From positions 16,802-80,801 of the IMG/VR virus record IMGVR_UViG_3300009008_000024: a stretch of DNA of 64,000 bases; one strand, written 5' to 3'. A model generated the notes under the pieces. It searched no databases and was not told the DNA's origin. It saw only the letters and a program-made list of their open reading frames with translations. The position numbers and the translations under genes were made by a program. Shown here piece by piece: positions 1 through 9,872 of the stretch; positions within the stretch are counted from its first letter, which is position 1, and every line of letters begins with the position of its first letter. The stretch comes from a virus.

Positions 1-16
1 TAAGTCCCCACGTGTC

Positions 17-661
17 ATGTGGAGGTTCTATGGTTATTATGGTGGAATAAACGCCGTAGGTAATATGTCAACTTACGGACAGTACGCAGATGACAGCACT
101 TGGCAAGTTGTCCCAGTTTGGCAAAATAAACTTCAAGCAATGGCGTATGAAGACGCCATGTATACAAGAATTTCACACTACTCTTTCGATATAAGAGATA
201 ACAGGTTGCGCCTATTTCCGACCCCTTCTGGTGTCGATTTCAGCAAAGTTTGGTTTGAGTTTACAGTAGACGAAGATCCTCTCCTAGATAAGGCAGGGAT
301 GGATACCGGCGCCAAGGGCGTAAACAATATGAATACTGCCCCTTTTGCAAATATTCCTTATAATAATATAAATTCTATCGGGAAGCAATGGATCAGGAGG
401 TTTGCCCTTTCTGTCTGTAAGGAGATGTTGGGGGTGATCCGCAGCAAGTTCGCCACAATCCCAATACCGGGCGAATCCGTCACTTTAGATGGTCCCGCAT
501 TGATAGCATCCTCTAAGGAGGAGCAAACCGCGCTGAGGGATGAGTTGAAGACGGTGCTAGATGAATTGACCTATGCAAAACTTGCGGAGAAGGATTCTGC
601 AATTGCGGGCAACACAGAAACGCTATTGTCAAAAATACCTCTTGCTATATATCCAGGATAA
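17..661 (+). CDS. Neck/head-tail adaptor protein (T4 gp13-like), probably 5'-truncated by the window edge
   Basis: Frame is open back to the window edge; C-terminal 'WIRRFALSVCKEMLGVIRSKF..IPIPG..VTLDG..L...KEE...L..EL' resembles gp13-type neck proteins; sits first in a neck-terminator-sheath-tube run. Confidence 0.65.
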   Translation: MWRFYGYYGGINAVGNMSTYGQYADDSTWQVVPVWQNKLQAMAYEDAMYTRISHYSFDIRDNRLRLFPTPSGVDFSKVWFEFTVDEDPLLDKAGMDTGAKGVNNMNTAPFANIPYNNINSIGKQWIRRFALSVCKEMLGVIRSKFATIPIPGESVTLDGPALIASSKEEQTALRDELKTVLDELTYAKLAEKDSAIAGNTETLLSKIPLAIYPG

Positions 662-674
662 GGGGGAGAGGTAG

Positions 675-1469
675 ATGGCAGACGAGAACATAACTTGGAC
701 ACAACCAACGAATCCGCCGCCTCCCCTCTTTATGGGAGGCAAAGAGCGTGATTTTGTAAAGCAGGTTAACGACGAACTTATTGAGCGCGTGATAGGGCAA
801 ACGATTTTGTACTATCCAGTAAGTCTCAAGCATACCAACTATCACTCTCTCTACGGCGAGGCGATTCACAAGAGTTTTTTGTCTCCTGTAAAAGTCAATG
901 CCCTTATTTCGTGGGAAGGTCAAACGACCAAGACTACAAACTATGGAATTGATAGGCGCTCGTCTTTGACCATTCATTTTCACAAGAGAAGGTTAACAGA
1001 GGATCAAGATTTGCAGGTTCAAGAGGGGGATTTTATATTATATGGAAGGTTATTTTATGAGATTGTTTCACTAAACGAACCACAACCACTGTTCGGGCAA
1101 ATAGACCATCAAATGGAAATCGCTGCCAAATGTATTCGTGCTCGCGATGGAGTTTTCGAAGAAGCGCCTCTACCAGAAGTGTCAATCACTAAATATCAAT
1201 TAGCGCAGGATCGTGTAGAGAACGTGTGTGTTCTCACTATTCCGGACGATTGTAAAATTTGCGTTCCAAAACTTTCCGCTGCTGATGTAGATTCTTTAGA
1301 CTATAGGACGTTGGAGGAGTTCACGTCAGATCCGTGTAAGTATGAGGGATATCAGTTTTACCTAACTGATGCGGGACCATCCCCGGTTGGTGCTTTTACC
1401 ATCTCGAACAAGTGGTATTTCAATGAAAAGTGTGTTTGGTATCCAAGTCCATTTTTTAGTACGCCTTAA
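675..1469 (+). CDS. Neck/head-closure protein (T4 gp14-like) with C-terminal extension
   Basis: 'ELIERVIGQTILYY...LYGE...F...V.......GID....LTIHFH....VQEGDFI.Y....YEI' pattern; synteny; SD GGAGAGG. Confidence 0.6.
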   Translation: MADENITWTQPTNPPPPLFMGGKERDFVKQVNDELIERVIGQTILYYPVSLKHTNYHSLYGEAIHKSFLSPVKVNALISWEGQTTKTTNYGIDRRSSLTIHFHKRRLTEDQDLQVQEGDFILYGRLFYEIVSLNEPQPLFGQIDHQMEIAAKCIRARDGVFEEAPLPEVSITKYQLAQDRVENVCVLTIPDDCKICVPKLSAADVDSLDYRTLEEFTSDPCKYEGYQFYLTDAGPSPVGAFTISNKWYFNEKCVWYPSPFFSTP

Positions 1470-1483
1470 GGAGGAGGAAGGAA

Positions 1484-2320
1484 ATGGCAGATAAAGAAAC
1501 TATCATTAATTTGCAACCATCGAATTTAGAAAACATTGATTTGGCAATGTTTAACTGGATTAATGAAAAATTAAATATTTTTTCGAATTCGAATAGGGGG
1601 TGGGAAAAGGTACCAGTTCTTTGGACCTCTGCCGAGCGTGCATTTCAATCTAAGAGGGATAAGAGTTTGCGCGATAAGGAGGGCGCCCTTATACTTCCAC
1701 TCATAACCGTGGAAAGAATTTCAGTGGAAAAAGATTTGTCCTTCAAGGGATCACTTCAGTCCAATATTTTTCCCATCAATGACGCGAAAGGGGGTTCGGT
1801 TGATTTGGATCGCGTCATCAATCAGACTAAGACAAAGAATTTTCAAAACGCGGACGCAAAAAGAAATTATGGTCAGATAAATTTCAAAGTCGCAAAAAAG
1901 AATAATAGAGTTGTTTACACTTATCGCTCTATTCCGATGCCTGTATATGTGACAGTGATGTATAAGATTATGTTGCGCGCCGAATATCAACAACAGATAA
2001 ATGAGTTGTCTCAACCTTTCATGGTTGCAACCGGAGGCATTAACGCCTTTATAATGAGGGAAGCGGGACATCGGTATGAAGGATTTATGCAGAAATCATA
2101 TGGTCAAGATGATAGTGTGGCGAACATGGAAGAAGAAGAGCGCATGTATCAAACGTCTGTTGAGATAAAAGTTTTAGGGTATCTTATAGGCGGAGCAGAT
2201 AATCAGAAAACGCCACAGATTGTTGAAAGGGAAAATGCCGTTGAAGTGAAACTCCCCAGAGAGCGCGTTATTGTTGGGGACACGCCCCCATGGGCAAACG
2301 GAAAGTATCTTCCCCTCTAA
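1484..2320 (+). CDS. Tail terminator/sheath stabiliser (T4 gp15-like)
   Basis: 'VPVLW...ER...LILPLITVER' and 'PMPVYVTVMY' motifs; directly upstream of sheath; SD GGAGG. Confidence 0.55.
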   Translation: MADKETIINLQPSNLENIDLAMFNWINEKLNIFSNSNRGWEKVPVLWTSAERAFQSKRDKSLRDKEGALILPLITVERISVEKDLSFKGSLQSNIFPINDAKGGSVDLDRVINQTKTKNFQNADAKRNYGQINFKVAKKNNRVVYTYRSIPMPVYVTVMYKIMLRAEYQQQINELSQPFMVATGGINAFIMREAGHRYEGFMQKSYGQDDSVANMEEEERMYQTSVEIKVLGYLIGGADNQKTPQIVERENAVEVKLPRERVIVGDTPPWANGKYLPL

Positions 2321-2360
2321 AATTCTCTATAGAATAAAACAGCATTTGCAATTTTTTAAA

Positions 2361-2369
2361 ACTATTTAC
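2361..2369 (+). promoter_or_regulatory. Putative late promoter motif ACTAnTTAY (ACTATTTAC) upstream of tail sheath
   Basis: One of 11 copies of the motif at or near gene junctions (see findings). Confidence 0.65.
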
Positions 2370-2432
2370 AAGAAGGAAAAACTAAGTTACGATTTAAGAT
2401 AATTAGGATTTTAATAAGGAGAGCACCGCACT

Positions 2433-5300
2433 ATGTCAGTTAATAAATTTAAGTTTGTGTCCCCTGGAGTATTCGTCTCGGAGATAGACAATTCACAATT
2501 GCCCGCGCTCCCCAGAGGGGTGGGACCAGTAATTATAGGGAGATCCATCAAGGGTCCTTCCATGCGTCCGGTTCAAATAGACTCCTTTTCTGAATTTGTT
2601 GAGACTTTCGGAGACCCTATTTATGGCGGCGGGGCATCAGACGTATGGCGTGTGGGACCGAATGTTTCAGCGCCATCTTATGCCACTTATGCAGCACAAG
2701 CTTATTTGAGAAACCAGAGTCCTCTAGTTTTCGTGAGATTGGCAGGCATCCAGGATTCAGAAGCTTCGACCAAGGCAGGCAAAGCAGGTTGGGAAGTATC
2801 CGGATTCAATCAAACCGCAGCAACTATGGCAGCAGGTCTCGGAGGCGGCGCATTTGGGTTGTTTCTGGGGAATAGTGGATCAACTGGGCATTTTACTGGC
2901 ACTCTTGCTGCAATCTTCTACGCTAGAACTGGTTCAGTCAGTCTAACAGGATCACTCCTAGATGGCACGACCGCCGAAGGAACGTGCGGGTTGTTTACAT
3001 CTTCCGTAAAAGACCAATTTACCGCAGTCGTCAAGGACGGCGACGGCGTTGTGTCCGACAAAGTAGTTTTTAATTTTGATGAAAATAGCAAACTGTTTAT
3101 TAGAAATGTTTTCAACACTAACCCGGCGCTCTGCAACAATGATACAAAGGTCAACGTAGCAGGTACCTCGAAGACATACTTTCTTGGGGAATCTTTCGAG
3201 AGGAGCGTGACGGATCTTTCTGGCGCCACTTCTGACGGGATCGGAGGGCAGGCAATCATATTGGGACTCCAATCTGGCAGTGTGGATCAGCATATCCAAC
3301 ATACGCAACTTCAAGATTCTTTTACGGGATGGTTTTTCTCTCAGGACTTGGGGGATTCATCTGCATATGATGCCCTGAATATGCCAAAACTTTTTAGGTT
3401 TGTTGGTCTAGGTGGCGGAGAGTGGCAGCAGAATAATTTGAAGATTTCTATTACCAGCATCACTCCGTCAAACAACGTTGCCAATCCCTTTGGTTATTTT
3501 ACCGTGGAGGTACGACAACTTGGAGATAGTGACAATAACAGAAAGCCAGTAGAAACTTTTAGTGACGTGAACTTGAATCCAAATTCGCCCAATTATATTG
3601 CGCGCCGAATAGGAGATTCATATACAGAGTGGGACGATGGAGATAAGAGATATCTCAGTTATGGGGATTATGTTAATCAGTCTCGATATATTCGGGTTGA
3701 AGTGGACTCGTCTGTGCGTGATGCTACCATGGATTCTAAACTTTTGCCATTTGGAGTATATGGTCCAACTAGGTGGAAGGGATTTACTGCTATTTCAGGC
3801 GGCGCTGGACCAGGAACGTTATCATCCACGGACGGCGTTGATTCGGGTGTGGCATACGTGATAGGAAATGACGAAGTGCCAGATAGTTTGTCTACCGCTG
3901 GAACATTTATGAACGTTGGCGCTAGCGATGTGACTGCATCGTTTGAGTTCCCAAGTGTTCCTACTAGGTTGCTTAGTAACGAAGGCATTATCACAAATCA
4001 AAAAGAAGCTTTCTTTGGCGCAACTGCCAACAAGAAATCTAGCAATCGAATTGAACCTAGCGTGAGAGACATGCTTCGAAGGAAGCCTCTAAATACAGGC
4101 GTCTTTTCAACCATTCCAGATTCACTAGAATATGCTTGGGTATTTTCTCTCGATGACTTGACAACTGGATCGACCTCTAATGGTGCAAATGCTGCATGGG
4201 TACCTGGTTCGCGCAGGACAGGTGATTCTTTCACCGCCTCTGGTTCATATCAGAGTGTGTTGACTACCTATGGATTCAACAGTTTCACCACTGTCATGAG
4301 TGAGGGGTTTGAGGGTATAAATATTCTGGAGAAAGAACCTTTCCGAAACTCCGCCATGAACGGCGTTGATGTGATTAGTAGTTACGAATATGCAACTCTA
4401 GACCGCGCCATTGATGCGGTAGCAGATGCTGATGTGGTGGAATGCAATATGATGAGCATTCCGGGTCTAACGAATACGAACCTTACGAGCAAATTGCTTG
4501 ATGTGTGCGAAGCACGCGCCGATTCACTGGCGGTCATCGATTTGCCGGGTGAGTATACTCCACCAGGCGAGGATGCATCAGAGAGCGCTACAGGGCGCCT
4601 AGGCAGTGTGCAAGATACGATTGATCAACTGGAGCAAAGGAACTTGAATAACAGTTATGGGTGCACTTACTACCCATGGGTTCAGGTGACGGACACTGTT
4701 ACAACGGGAGGATCCTTATGGGTACCCCCAAGTGTTGTGGCGCTTGGTACCTTGGCGAGCAGTCAGGCATCGAGCGAATTGTGGTTCGCCCCTGCCGGGT
4801 TTACTCGCGGAGGATTGACTGAAGGAAGTGCAGGTCTTCCGGTTACTAATGTTCGCGCCAGACTCAACTCTCAAGAGAGGGACGATTTGTATAACGCAAA
4901 CATCAATCCGATTGCACAATTCCCAGCGGAAGGTATAGTGATTTTTGGGCAAAAGACCCTTCAAGTTACGCGCTCTGCTCTGGATAGAATAAATGTGCGT
5001 CGTTTGATGATTTATGTGAAGCGTGAAATTTCTAGAATTTCTGCTACACTGTTGTTCGAGCAGAATGTCAATGCTACGTGGAATAGGTTCTTGGGTCAGG
5101 TCAATCCTTTCCTAGGAAGCATCCAGACGAGATTGGGGTTGACTGACTATAAGGTGGTGCTAGACCAGACCACCACAACGCCGGATCTCGTTGATAGGAA
5201 CATCTTATATGCTAAGATTTTCTTGAAACCTGCACGTGCAATTGAATTTATTGCCCTTGACTTTGTTATTACTAAGACGGGCGCAGGATTTGAGGACTAA
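2433..5300 (+). CDS. Contractile tail sheath protein (T4 gp18-like)
   Basis: N-terminal 'SPGVFVSEID', C-terminal 'YYPWV...VPPS...WFAPAGFTRG...RDDLY..NINPI...GQKTLQ...SALDRINVRRL...LKPARAIEFI'. Confidence 0.95.
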   Translation: MSVNKFKFVSPGVFVSEIDNSQLPALPRGVGPVIIGRSIKGPSMRPVQIDSFSEFVETFGDPIYGGGASDVWRVGPNVSAPSYATYAAQAYLRNQSPLVFVRLAGIQDSEASTKAGKAGWEVSGFNQTAATMAAGLGGGAFGLFLGNSGSTGHFTGTLAAIFYARTGSVSLTGSLLDGTTAEGTCGLFTSSVKDQFTAVVKDGDGVVSDKVVFNFDENSKLFIRNVFNTNPALCNNDTKVNVAGTSKTYFLGESFERSVTDLSGATSDGIGGQAIILGLQSGSVDQHIQHTQLQDSFTGWFFSQDLGDSSAYDALNMPKLFRFVGLGGGEWQQNNLKISITSITPSNNVANPFGYFTVEVRQLGDSDNNRKPVETFSDVNLNPNSPNYIARRIGDSYTEWDDGDKRYLSYGDYVNQSRYIRVEVDSSVRDATMDSKLLPFGVYGPTRWKGFTAISGGAGPGTLSSTDGVDSGVAYVIGNDEVPDSLSTAGTFMNVGASDVTASFEFPSVPTRLLSNEGIITNQKEAFFGATANKKSSNRIEPSVRDMLRRKPLNTGVFSTIPDSLEYAWVFSLDDLTTGSTSNGANAAWVPGSRRTGDSFTASGSYQSVLTTYGFNSFTTVMSEGFEGINILEKEPFRNSAMNGVDVISSYEYATLDRAIDAVADADVVECNMMSIPGLTNTNLTSKLLDVCEARADSLAVIDLPGEYTPPGEDASESATGRLGSVQDTIDQLEQRNLNNSYGCTYYPWVQVTDTVTTGGSLWVPPSVVALGTLASSQASSELWFAPAGFTRGGLTEGSAGLPVTNVRARLNSQERDDLYNANINPIAQFPAEGIVIFGQKTLQVTRSALDRINVRRLMIYVKREISRISATLLFEQNVNATWNRFLGQVNPFLGSIQTRLGLTDYKVVLDQTTTTPDLVDRNILYAKIFLKPARAIEFIALDFVITKTGAGFED

Positions 5301-5315
5301 AAAATAAAAGTATTT

Positions 5316-5324
5316 ACTAATTAT
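5316..5324 (+). promoter_or_regulatory. Putative late promoter motif (ACTAATTAT) upstream of tail tube
   Basis: Intergenic, AT-rich, 36 nt before tube ATG. Confidence 0.65.
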
Positions 5325-5359
5325 AGTATAACGCTGGAGCAAAGAGGAGAAATTAAAGC

Positions 5360-5908
5360 ATGCCATTTTGGAAAGACGCACAGGTAGCAGATCCCAAGAG
5401 ATCATTTAGATGGGTACTCCAATTGGGAGTCGCCGGATTGTCGGAGAATATTTCTTATATTTGTAAGAAGGTTAGTAAACCTCAGATGAATATTGCCGAA
5501 GCAGAGCATAAGTTTCTTAATCATACGTTCTACTATCCTGGCAGCGTGACTTATGAAAAGATCACAGTTGACTTGGTTGACCCAGCGAATCCTCATTCTA
5601 CCGAACAATTGTTCAAACTAATACAGGACTCTGGTTATCAGTTGCCTTCAACTATTACGGATTCTGTGGGCGCCGATACTACTATGGCGAGCACAAACAG
5701 CAAGAGGCTTAGTACTAGTGCCATGAATAACGCTGTCATTGTCATGTTAGATGGCGATGGCAATACCATCGAGCGCACTATACTTAAAAATCCATGGATT
5801 TCCATGGTCAATTTTGGTGGTGACTTGGATTACGAGACTGAAGATCTGATGACTATCAGTCTGGAAATTAGGTTTGATTGGTTTGAATTAGAAACATTCA
5901 ATCCCTAA
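5360..5908 (+). CDS. Tail tube protein (T4 gp19-like)
   Basis: Follows sheath; 'DPKRSFRW...KP......EH..LN..FYYPG...Y..ITV..VDP' and C-terminal 'GDLDY......TISLEIRFDW'. Confidence 0.85.
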   Translation: MPFWKDAQVADPKRSFRWVLQLGVAGLSENISYICKKVSKPQMNIAEAEHKFLNHTFYYPGSVTYEKITVDLVDPANPHSTEQLFKLIQDSGYQLPSTITDSVGADTTMASTNSKRLSTSAMNNAVIVMLDGDGNTIERTILKNPWISMVNFGGDLDYETEDLMTISLEIRFDWFELETFNP

Positions 5909-5952
5909 TCCTCGATATTCCACTACTACAGAGAAGATAAAGAGAGGTTTTA

Positions 5953-6855
5953 ATGACAAGAAGAAATAACGAGAGTCGTCTCGGGATGCCCGCTCCAGGA
6001 GCGAAGCAACCCGAAGCAGACGTTCCGCCTGTAATTAATATGGCACAAGATTCCCCTAACCAACTATCGTATGTTGTTCCCACTGAACTGGTCGATCTAC
6101 CATCTAAAGGAAAGTTCTATCCAGAGGACAGTTCTCTTCATGGAGTATCGGAAATAGAGATGAAAGAGATGACGGCGAAGGAAGAGGATATTCTTACGAC
6201 AGAATCATACCTCAAGAAAGGCGTCCTTTTCGATAGACTTCTTCGAAGTTTGATTGTTGACAAATCTATTAAGACGGAGGAGTTGCTCGTGGGAGATAGG
6301 AACGCACTGCTAGTTGCCGCTAGAATTAGTGCCTATGGTCCCATTTATGAGACAGAAGTGACATGTCCTTTGTGTGATTTTGCACATAAGGATTATGGAT
6401 TTGACTTGGGATTGTGCCCGCCTCACGAACCCATAGATCTTGACAGTGACGAGGGCAAAGATTTATACAGTGGTGTAGAATACGGTGGCGGATCTAATTA
6501 TCTCGTAACTTTACCTAAATCGCGTGCAGTTATCGAGGTGAGATTGCTGAATGGCAAAGATGAATCTAATATAACCCGTTCCGCAGAGATGAGAAGGAAA
6601 AAGAAACTTCCGGAAAATGCTCTAACAGAGCACTTTAAGAGGGTGACCGTCTCTGTTAATGGCGTCACTGATTCTTTTGAGATTGACAATTTTATTAGGG
6701 GTATGCCAGCATCTGATTCGAGGCACTTGCGCAAGATATTCAAGAAGTTGACGCCTAATATTAATTTAACACAGGAGTTCGTCTGTGAAGATTGTGGATA
6801 CGAACAGGACTTGGAGGTGCCCATCTCCCCTCGGTTTTTTTGGCCTGACTCCTAA
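5953..6855 (+). CDS. Baseplate hub/tail assembly chaperone (T4 gp26-like)
   Basis: 'VDLPSKGKFYP...MTAKEEDIL...LLVGDRNALLVAARI..YG..Y...VTCPLC' plus second CxxC near the end; lies between tube and tape measure; ends ...PRFFWPDS. Confidence 0.75.
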   Translation: MTRRNNESRLGMPAPGAKQPEADVPPVINMAQDSPNQLSYVVPTELVDLPSKGKFYPEDSSLHGVSEIEMKEMTAKEEDILTTESYLKKGVLFDRLLRSLIVDKSIKTEELLVGDRNALLVAARISAYGPIYETEVTCPLCDFAHKDYGFDLGLCPPHEPIDLDSDEGKDLYSGVEYGGGSNYLVTLPKSRAVIEVRLLNGKDESNITRSAEMRRKKKLPENALTEHFKRVTVSVNGVTDSFEIDNFIRGMPASDSRHLRKIFKKLTPNINLTQEFVCEDCGYEQDLEVPISPRFFWPDS

Positions 6856-7018
6856 ATATATGGAGCAAGTATATGAGCAGTTTCACTCTCTCAAGTATTA
6901 TGGTGGGTGGAGTTTGTTCGAAGCATACAACCTTCCGGTTCAACTGAGGGTTTGGTTTGCCAAGAGACTGGTCGAGCAGATGGAGATGGAGGCAGAAGCC
7001 TCCAAGGGTAGGAAGTAA
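6836..7018 (+). CDS. gp51-like tail chaperone extension, probably reached by frameshift from the upstream gene
   Basis: 'FHSLKYYGGWSLFEAYNLPVQLRVWF' resembles the T4-like gp51 motif (LMQHHKYSLTE.ENM.PWER); overlaps upstream gene at a T7 run; no good SD before ATG 6860. Confidence 0.6.
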   Translation, partial: FFGLTPKYMEQVYEQFHSLKYYGGWSLFEAYNLPVQLRVWFAKRLVEQMEMEAEASKGRK

Positions 7019-7045
7019 TAAAAGAGCACCATCGGTGCTCTTTTA
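7018..7045 (+). terminator. Intrinsic (possibly bidirectional) terminator
   Basis: ATAAAAGAGCACC-ATC-GGTGCTCTTTTAT perfect inverted repeat right after the stop at 7018. Confidence 0.8.
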
Positions 7046-7058
7046 TTTTGATATGTAT

Positions 7059-7067
7059 ACTAATTAT
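7059..7067 (+). promoter_or_regulatory. Putative late promoter motif (ACTAATTAT) restarting transcription for the tape-measure operon
   Basis: Immediately after the terminator, before SD GGAGGAG and ATG 7087. Confidence 0.65.
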
Positions 7068-7086
7068 TGGTAGCGGAGGAGTTTCA

Positions 7087-7431
7087 ATGGTTGAAAATGA
7101 GAAAGATCTTAGTCAGGTGGTGATTGACTTTTCAAAGGCACGAGATCAGGAAGGGAAATTGGATGAAGGGTGGTGGCTTATGTTCGGCGGACTACTGCGA
7201 TGGATCATGCCGTCCCTTTATAAGGGTTCTTTGTTGCCCCTGAAAGTAAAGGGAAGCGAAGCAGAGATAAAGAGTTTCGCAAATGTACTATCGAACGAGA
7301 AGAGGTACCTTACTTCTTGGAAAGAGAACGGATTAGATAGTCCATCAACATATAAAAATAAAACTTTGCTAGACAAGGCAGTTGAGAAATTTCAAAGAAC
7401 GACGGGACTAAAATGGCCCTTCAAAGGGTAA
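7087..7431 (+). CDS. Hypothetical virion-associated protein
   Basis: ATG 7087 with SD GGAGGAG; late motif upstream; precedes tape measure. Confidence 0.6.
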   Translation: MVENEKDLSQVVIDFSKARDQEGKLDEGWWLMFGGLLRWIMPSLYKGSLLPLKVKGSEAEIKSFANVLSNEKRYLTSWKENGLDSPSTYKNKTLLDKAVEKFQRTTGLKWPFKG

Positions 7432-7444
7432 TGTGGAATAAGTA

Positions 7445-9847
7445 ATGGCAGATTTTGACAATGAAAGATCCAGGCTACTGTCGCAGATTGAAGATCTGAA
7501 GAGTCAAATAAAAGAGATTCAGGGCGATGGCAGATTAGATGAAGCGAAACAAGAGAACGAACTTCTAAGGGAACAACTGAAACTTAGGCAACGACTTATT
7601 GATCTAGAGGTTGAGCGCTTCAAGGAATTGAAGAAATCTGGTGTGATCGACCAACAAGCATTTGATCAGAGCATCGAAGCCGCACGTAACCAGGAGGCAT
7701 CGTATGCCAAACAGCAAGCAGCAATTGATAAACGAAGCAGGTCTATTGGTCGTGAAGCAAAAAGTCTAGAGACAACCGACGCCTTGGTGGATAGCATAGG
7801 GACAAAATTTGGATTATCCACCAGCAAGGCTGGTGGCATGTCGAAGCAAATTTTTAATGCATGGAAAGGCATGGTAAAACTTGATGGTTTTACGAAGGGT
7901 ACTGCGAAGTTGTTTCGAAACTTGGCTGATAGTGTCTTGTCCGCAGTGCACCCGATGAATATTTTAGAGTCTCTCGCTAGCGCCATATGGAAAGAGTCAA
8001 TTGAATATTTTTTCAGGATAGATGAAGCAATATCGAAGATGAATGCTACTATCGCGGACGGCGGAAAGACTGCCCGCGCCGCAGGCAAAGCAGTTAGGTT
8101 CGGAATGGGCGTGGATATTGAGCAGGCAACTGCCGCCGCAGGCGGATTGGCGAGTTCTTTTACTGCATTTACCTCTATGAATGAAAAAGCTAAGACATCG
8201 CTCATAGGTATGTCCGCGGAACTAGAAAGAGTGGGTCTCGGCGCAGGCGAAAGCGGAAAGGGAATGAACTTTCTGACTAGATCGATGGGGATGACAGCGA
8301 AGAAGGGAGTTAAGGTGTGGAAGGGGTTAGCAGCATCCGCCTCCGCCTTCGGTAAGACAGTGCCAGAGATGTCGAGCGACTTTATGTCTGCCTCTAAAGT
8401 CTTGATGGCGCATGGTCCGAAAATGATATCTGTCTTTAAAGATTTGGAAGCAACTGCCATGGCAAGTGGTCTGGCGCTGGACACCCTTTTGAGTGTAGCA
8501 GGAAAGTTTGATACGTTCGATAGTGCAGCAGGCGCAGTTGGCAACCTAAACGCCCTGTTAGGAGGCGACTATTTGAATACTCTCGAAATGATGAACATGA
8601 CAGAGAACGAGAGGATAAGTGCCCTCAAGGGATCCCTTGAAATGGCAGGCAAGAATTTCGATCAAATGGAAAGGTTTGAGAGGAAGGCGATTGCGGAACA
8701 GATGGGAATGGACGAGGCGCAATTGGCGCAAATGATGAACGCATCAGGAAAAGAAGCGCGCAAGGCACGCCGTGAAGCTAAGAAGAGGGAGAAGGATCAG
8801 AAAGCATACAATAGGATGGTCAAGTCAACGGTATCTATCACTGAAAAACTAAGAATGCTCTTTACTTCCATCTTCGCCCATACCGGACTTATGCAGATGT
8901 TTAGTAAAGCTTTCGGAGAACTCTTCAAACAATTGAGACCAGGCGCTCCTCTTGGCAAGGGCATCCGAGAGTTGACTGGATTTATAGGGGACTTGATGGC
9001 GGCGGGAATAGCAATAGGAATAAGGTGGTTTAAGAAACTTATCGGTACCGGCGGAGAGTTGACGCTGAAGATCAAAGAATGGAAAGGGAACCTAAAAGAA
9101 TTCTGGAAAGCATTCAAGAAGGGCGGTCCAGAAGCAGACGCAGCAATGGAGAAACTAAAGGGGCAAATAAAGGATACTATTCTAGAATTTACAGGAATGA
9201 AAGATGTCTTCACGGGTGAGACTGCACAAGAAAACTTCAAACTAGGGGTCAAAAAATTTGTTAAATACATAAAAGGTCCAACCTTTACTCCCGTTAGAAA
9301 GGCCATTGCCGATTTAATCATAAAACCAATTGGTCAGGCGATGTCGAACATCGGACAACACATGGCGAATCAGGACAACACATTCGGCAATATTATGACA
9401 CGGCAGTTAGGTAACGCACTCAAGAGTGCCGGCGACGCCGCCCAAATGGAGGGCAAGAATTTTGCCAAGACGATGGACGATGGTCTCGTCGGATCGACCA
9501 AAGATGCCATCAACAAATTAGAAAGCCCCGATGTATTAAATACTGGTTCCCCTTCGAAAACATTCATAAAACTCGGAAAATCAATTAATGACGGATTCAA
9601 GATAGGGTTGAAACCAGGATCTTTTATAAAGATGTTCGACGAGTTGATAGAGTCTACTGATAGTTGGGCAGAGTCGCTCAAGGAAGTGGCAGACCAAGTT
9701 GGAGATATTGCATTTGCAACTTCTGGACAAGGTGGCAAAGGCGGAATTTCTTCCAGGGTTGTACTGGAATTAGACGGAAAAGTTTTAGCAGAATATGTAA
9801 TAGATACAGTTAACAAGAGAGCAAGGAGACTTGCCATCCCAGGATAG
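7445..9847 (+). CDS. Tail tape measure protein
   Basis: 800 aa, Ala/Gly/Lys/Met-rich helical composition, C-terminal 'VVLELDGKVLAEYV' typical of TMPs, canonical position. Confidence 0.8.
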   Translation: MADFDNERSRLLSQIEDLKSQIKEIQGDGRLDEAKQENELLREQLKLRQRLIDLEVERFKELKKSGVIDQQAFDQSIEAARNQEASYAKQQAAIDKRSRSIGREAKSLETTDALVDSIGTKFGLSTSKAGGMSKQIFNAWKGMVKLDGFTKGTAKLFRNLADSVLSAVHPMNILESLASAIWKESIEYFFRIDEAISKMNATIADGGKTARAAGKAVRFGMGVDIEQATAAAGGLASSFTAFTSMNEKAKTSLIGMSAELERVGLGAGESGKGMNFLTRSMGMTAKKGVKVWKGLAASASAFGKTVPEMSSDFMSASKVLMAHGPKMISVFKDLEATAMASGLALDTLLSVAGKFDTFDSAAGAVGNLNALLGGDYLNTLEMMNMTENERISALKGSLEMAGKNFDQMERFERKAIAEQMGMDEAQLAQMMNASGKEARKARREAKKREKDQKAYNRMVKSTVSITEKLRMLFTSIFAHTGLMQMFSKAFGELFKQLRPGAPLGKGIRELTGFIGDLMAAGIAIGIRWFKKLIGTGGELTLKIKEWKGNLKEFWKAFKKGGPEADAAMEKLKGQIKDTILEFTGMKDVFTGETAQENFKLGVKKFVKYIKGPTFTPVRKAIADLIIKPIGQAMSNIGQHMANQDNTFGNIMTRQLGNALKSAGDAAQMEGKNFAKTMDDGLVGSTKDAINKLESPDVLNTGSPSKTFIKLGKSINDGFKIGLKPGSFIKMFDELIESTDSWAESLKEVADQVGDIAFATSGQGGKGGISSRVVLELDGKVLAEYVIDTVNKRARRLAIPG

Positions 9848-9872
9848 GATGGGTAAGTAGGAGGAACTAGAC

